From NCBI RefSeq assembly GCF_003334405.1, contig NZ_QOWM01000059.1: a stretch of 650 nt of DNA. One strand, 5' to 3'. The DNA comes from Escherichia coli (GTDB taxonomy: Bacteria > Pseudomonadota > Gammaproteobacteria > Enterobacterales > Enterobacteriaceae). The notes beneath the pieces were generated by a model. It saw only the letters and a list, made by a program, of their open reading frames with translations, had not been told where the DNA came from and did not search any database. Positions 1-650 of the stretch are shown in pieces (within the stretch, counting starts at the first letter, position 1; each line of letters begins with the position of its first letter). Both the position numbers and the translations under genes were made by a program.

Positions 1-650
1 CTTTTCGCGCCGGTGTGTATTCCGGCTCCACCTGTCTGGCCAGTTGCTCCACCGTCAGCCCGCACTGCGCAAGCCACGCCCGGCTTTCACTGCTCACGCG
101 GTCTGCCCGGATTTCTTCCTCCAGCCTGTCCAGCAGCCGCACCAGTTCAGCCGGGAACACCACGCCGTGGCCGTTCTCACTCCCTTCCTGCTGGAGCGTC
201 TCTGCCAGGCTGCGCCGCTGCGCTTTTTCCCGCTCGCCGTTCTCTGTCTCGACCCGGATGAGCGGCGTGAAGCTTCCCGGCTCGTATACCGTCTGGATAC
301 GTGTGGTGTCAGTCTGCACCGTCGTCAGCCTGTCTCCGTCCCAGCCATACCACGTCACCTCCGGTTTACGCGACAGCGACATCCACCCCGTCAGGTCACG
401 CTCCCGCCGCCAGACCCGTTTTGCCATTCGCCGTCCCAGCGGGTCGTAGAGGTAGCGGCTCTCGACCAGTGGCTCGCCATGCTGTATCCGCGTGTAGAAC
501 ACCAGGCGGTGCTGGCTGTCGTAGTGGTAGTGGTGGGTCCGCTCGTCGTCCGTCCGTATCACACCCGCCGGGATGCGGTCCGTCTTCTCCGTCAGCCTGC
601 CGTATTCATCGTGGCGGTAGACATAGTGCGCATCCTCCGCGATGCGGTTA
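1..650 (-). CDS. rhs: Rhs family YD-repeat protein, conserved core region; internal fragment, partial at both ends (N-terminus beyond position 650, C-terminus beyond position 1)
   Basis: Hand translation of the reverse complement in the frame with codons 649..647 down to 4..2 gives 216 codons with no stop. The product contains YD-repeat motifs ([39 protein letters not shown]) and matches my recollection of the E. coli RhsA/B/C/D core. GC about 64% with G/C-rich third positions, typical of Rhs cores. Paralog cannot be resolved from this window; the symbol is a family-level placeholder. Confidence 0.95.
32..253 (-). other. Glu/Arg-rich segment of the Rhs core lacking YD motifs, probably helical
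   Basis: Translation [74 protein letters not shown] is dense in E/R/Q/L/A and has no Y-x-Y-D pattern. Helical character is inferred from composition only, not modelled. Confidence 0.5.
326..625 (-). other. Block of four degenerate YD (Rhs) repeats within the Rhs core coding sequence
   Basis: Protein-level motifs fitting the YD-repeat pattern (Y-x-Y-D-x2-G-R-L or close variants) at about 593..625 ([11 protein letters not shown]), 500..529 ([10 protein letters not shown]), 428..454 (YLYDPLGRR) and 326..352 (WYGWDGDRL). Spacing is about 25-35 residues. These are degenerate at the DNA level, not nucleotide direct repeats. Confidence 0.8.

Noticed and set aside
212-228. Short GC stem (gcgc / gcgc, 4 bp) with a 4-nt loop followed by a T5 run on the plus strand, superficially like a rho-independent terminator
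   Set aside because: The stem is only 4 bp, it sits inside an uninterrupted coding frame and is on the antisense strand of that gene. The T-run is the complement of GAA AAA (Glu-Lys) codons. Not credible as a terminator.
13-261. Plus-strand ORF of 82 aa from the six-frame track
   Set aside because: Same reasoning: antisense to the Rhs CDS, Pro/Ala/Gly/Arg-rich and overlapping the other spurious ORF in a different frame. GC-rich sequence commonly leaves long open antisense frames.
15-449. Plus-strand ORF of 144 aa from the six-frame track
   Set aside because: It lies fully antisense to the well-supported Rhs coding frame. Its product is low-complexity and Ser/Arg/Pro/Cys-rich, as expected when a GC-rich gene is read on the wrong strand. 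No recognisable motif, and no ribosome-binding context that I can support.
521-536. Tandem GTAGTG GTAGTG GTGG direct repeat
   Set aside because: It is the reverse complement of CAC CAC TAC CAC TAC, encoding H-H-Y-H-Y of a YD repeat. This is codon-driven repetition, too short for a meaningful microsatellite or regulatory repeat.
1-650. Possibility of CRISPR repeats, tRNA/rRNA, IS-element inverted repeats or promoter elements
   Set aside because: No periodic direct repeats with spacers, no tRNA-like cloverleaf candidates and no terminal inverted repeats were seen. The window is continuous coding sequence with no intergenic space, so promoter calls would be unsupported.
1-650. Assigning a specific paralog (rhsA, rhsB, rhsC or rhsD) or a specific host species
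   Set aside because: The core is highly conserved among paralogs and across related enterobacteria. Without a database alignment or flanking sequence I cannot discriminate, and any specific call would be a guess.

Overview
The whole 650-bp window is an internal fragment of one gene on the minus strand: the conserved YD-repeat core of an enterobacterial Rhs (rearrangement hotspot) polymorphic-toxin protein. The minus-strand frame with codons at 649..647 down to 4..2 is open for all 216 codons and runs off both edges, which is why it is missing from the ATG-to-stop ORF track. I translated it by hand; it reads [216 protein letters not shown]. This matches my recollection of the E. coli RhsA-D core family, but that is memory, not a database search, and I cannot assign the paralog. 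GC content is about 64% by hand count (418/650), consistent with the known GC-rich Rhs core. The two plus-strand ORFs in the track are antisense artefacts. I see no RNA gene, CRISPR array, mobile-element terminus or intergenic regulatory region. Nothing inside this window looks novel; the variable toxin tip and immunity gene, where novelty in Rhs loci usually sits, must lie beyond the left edge (below coordinate 1).
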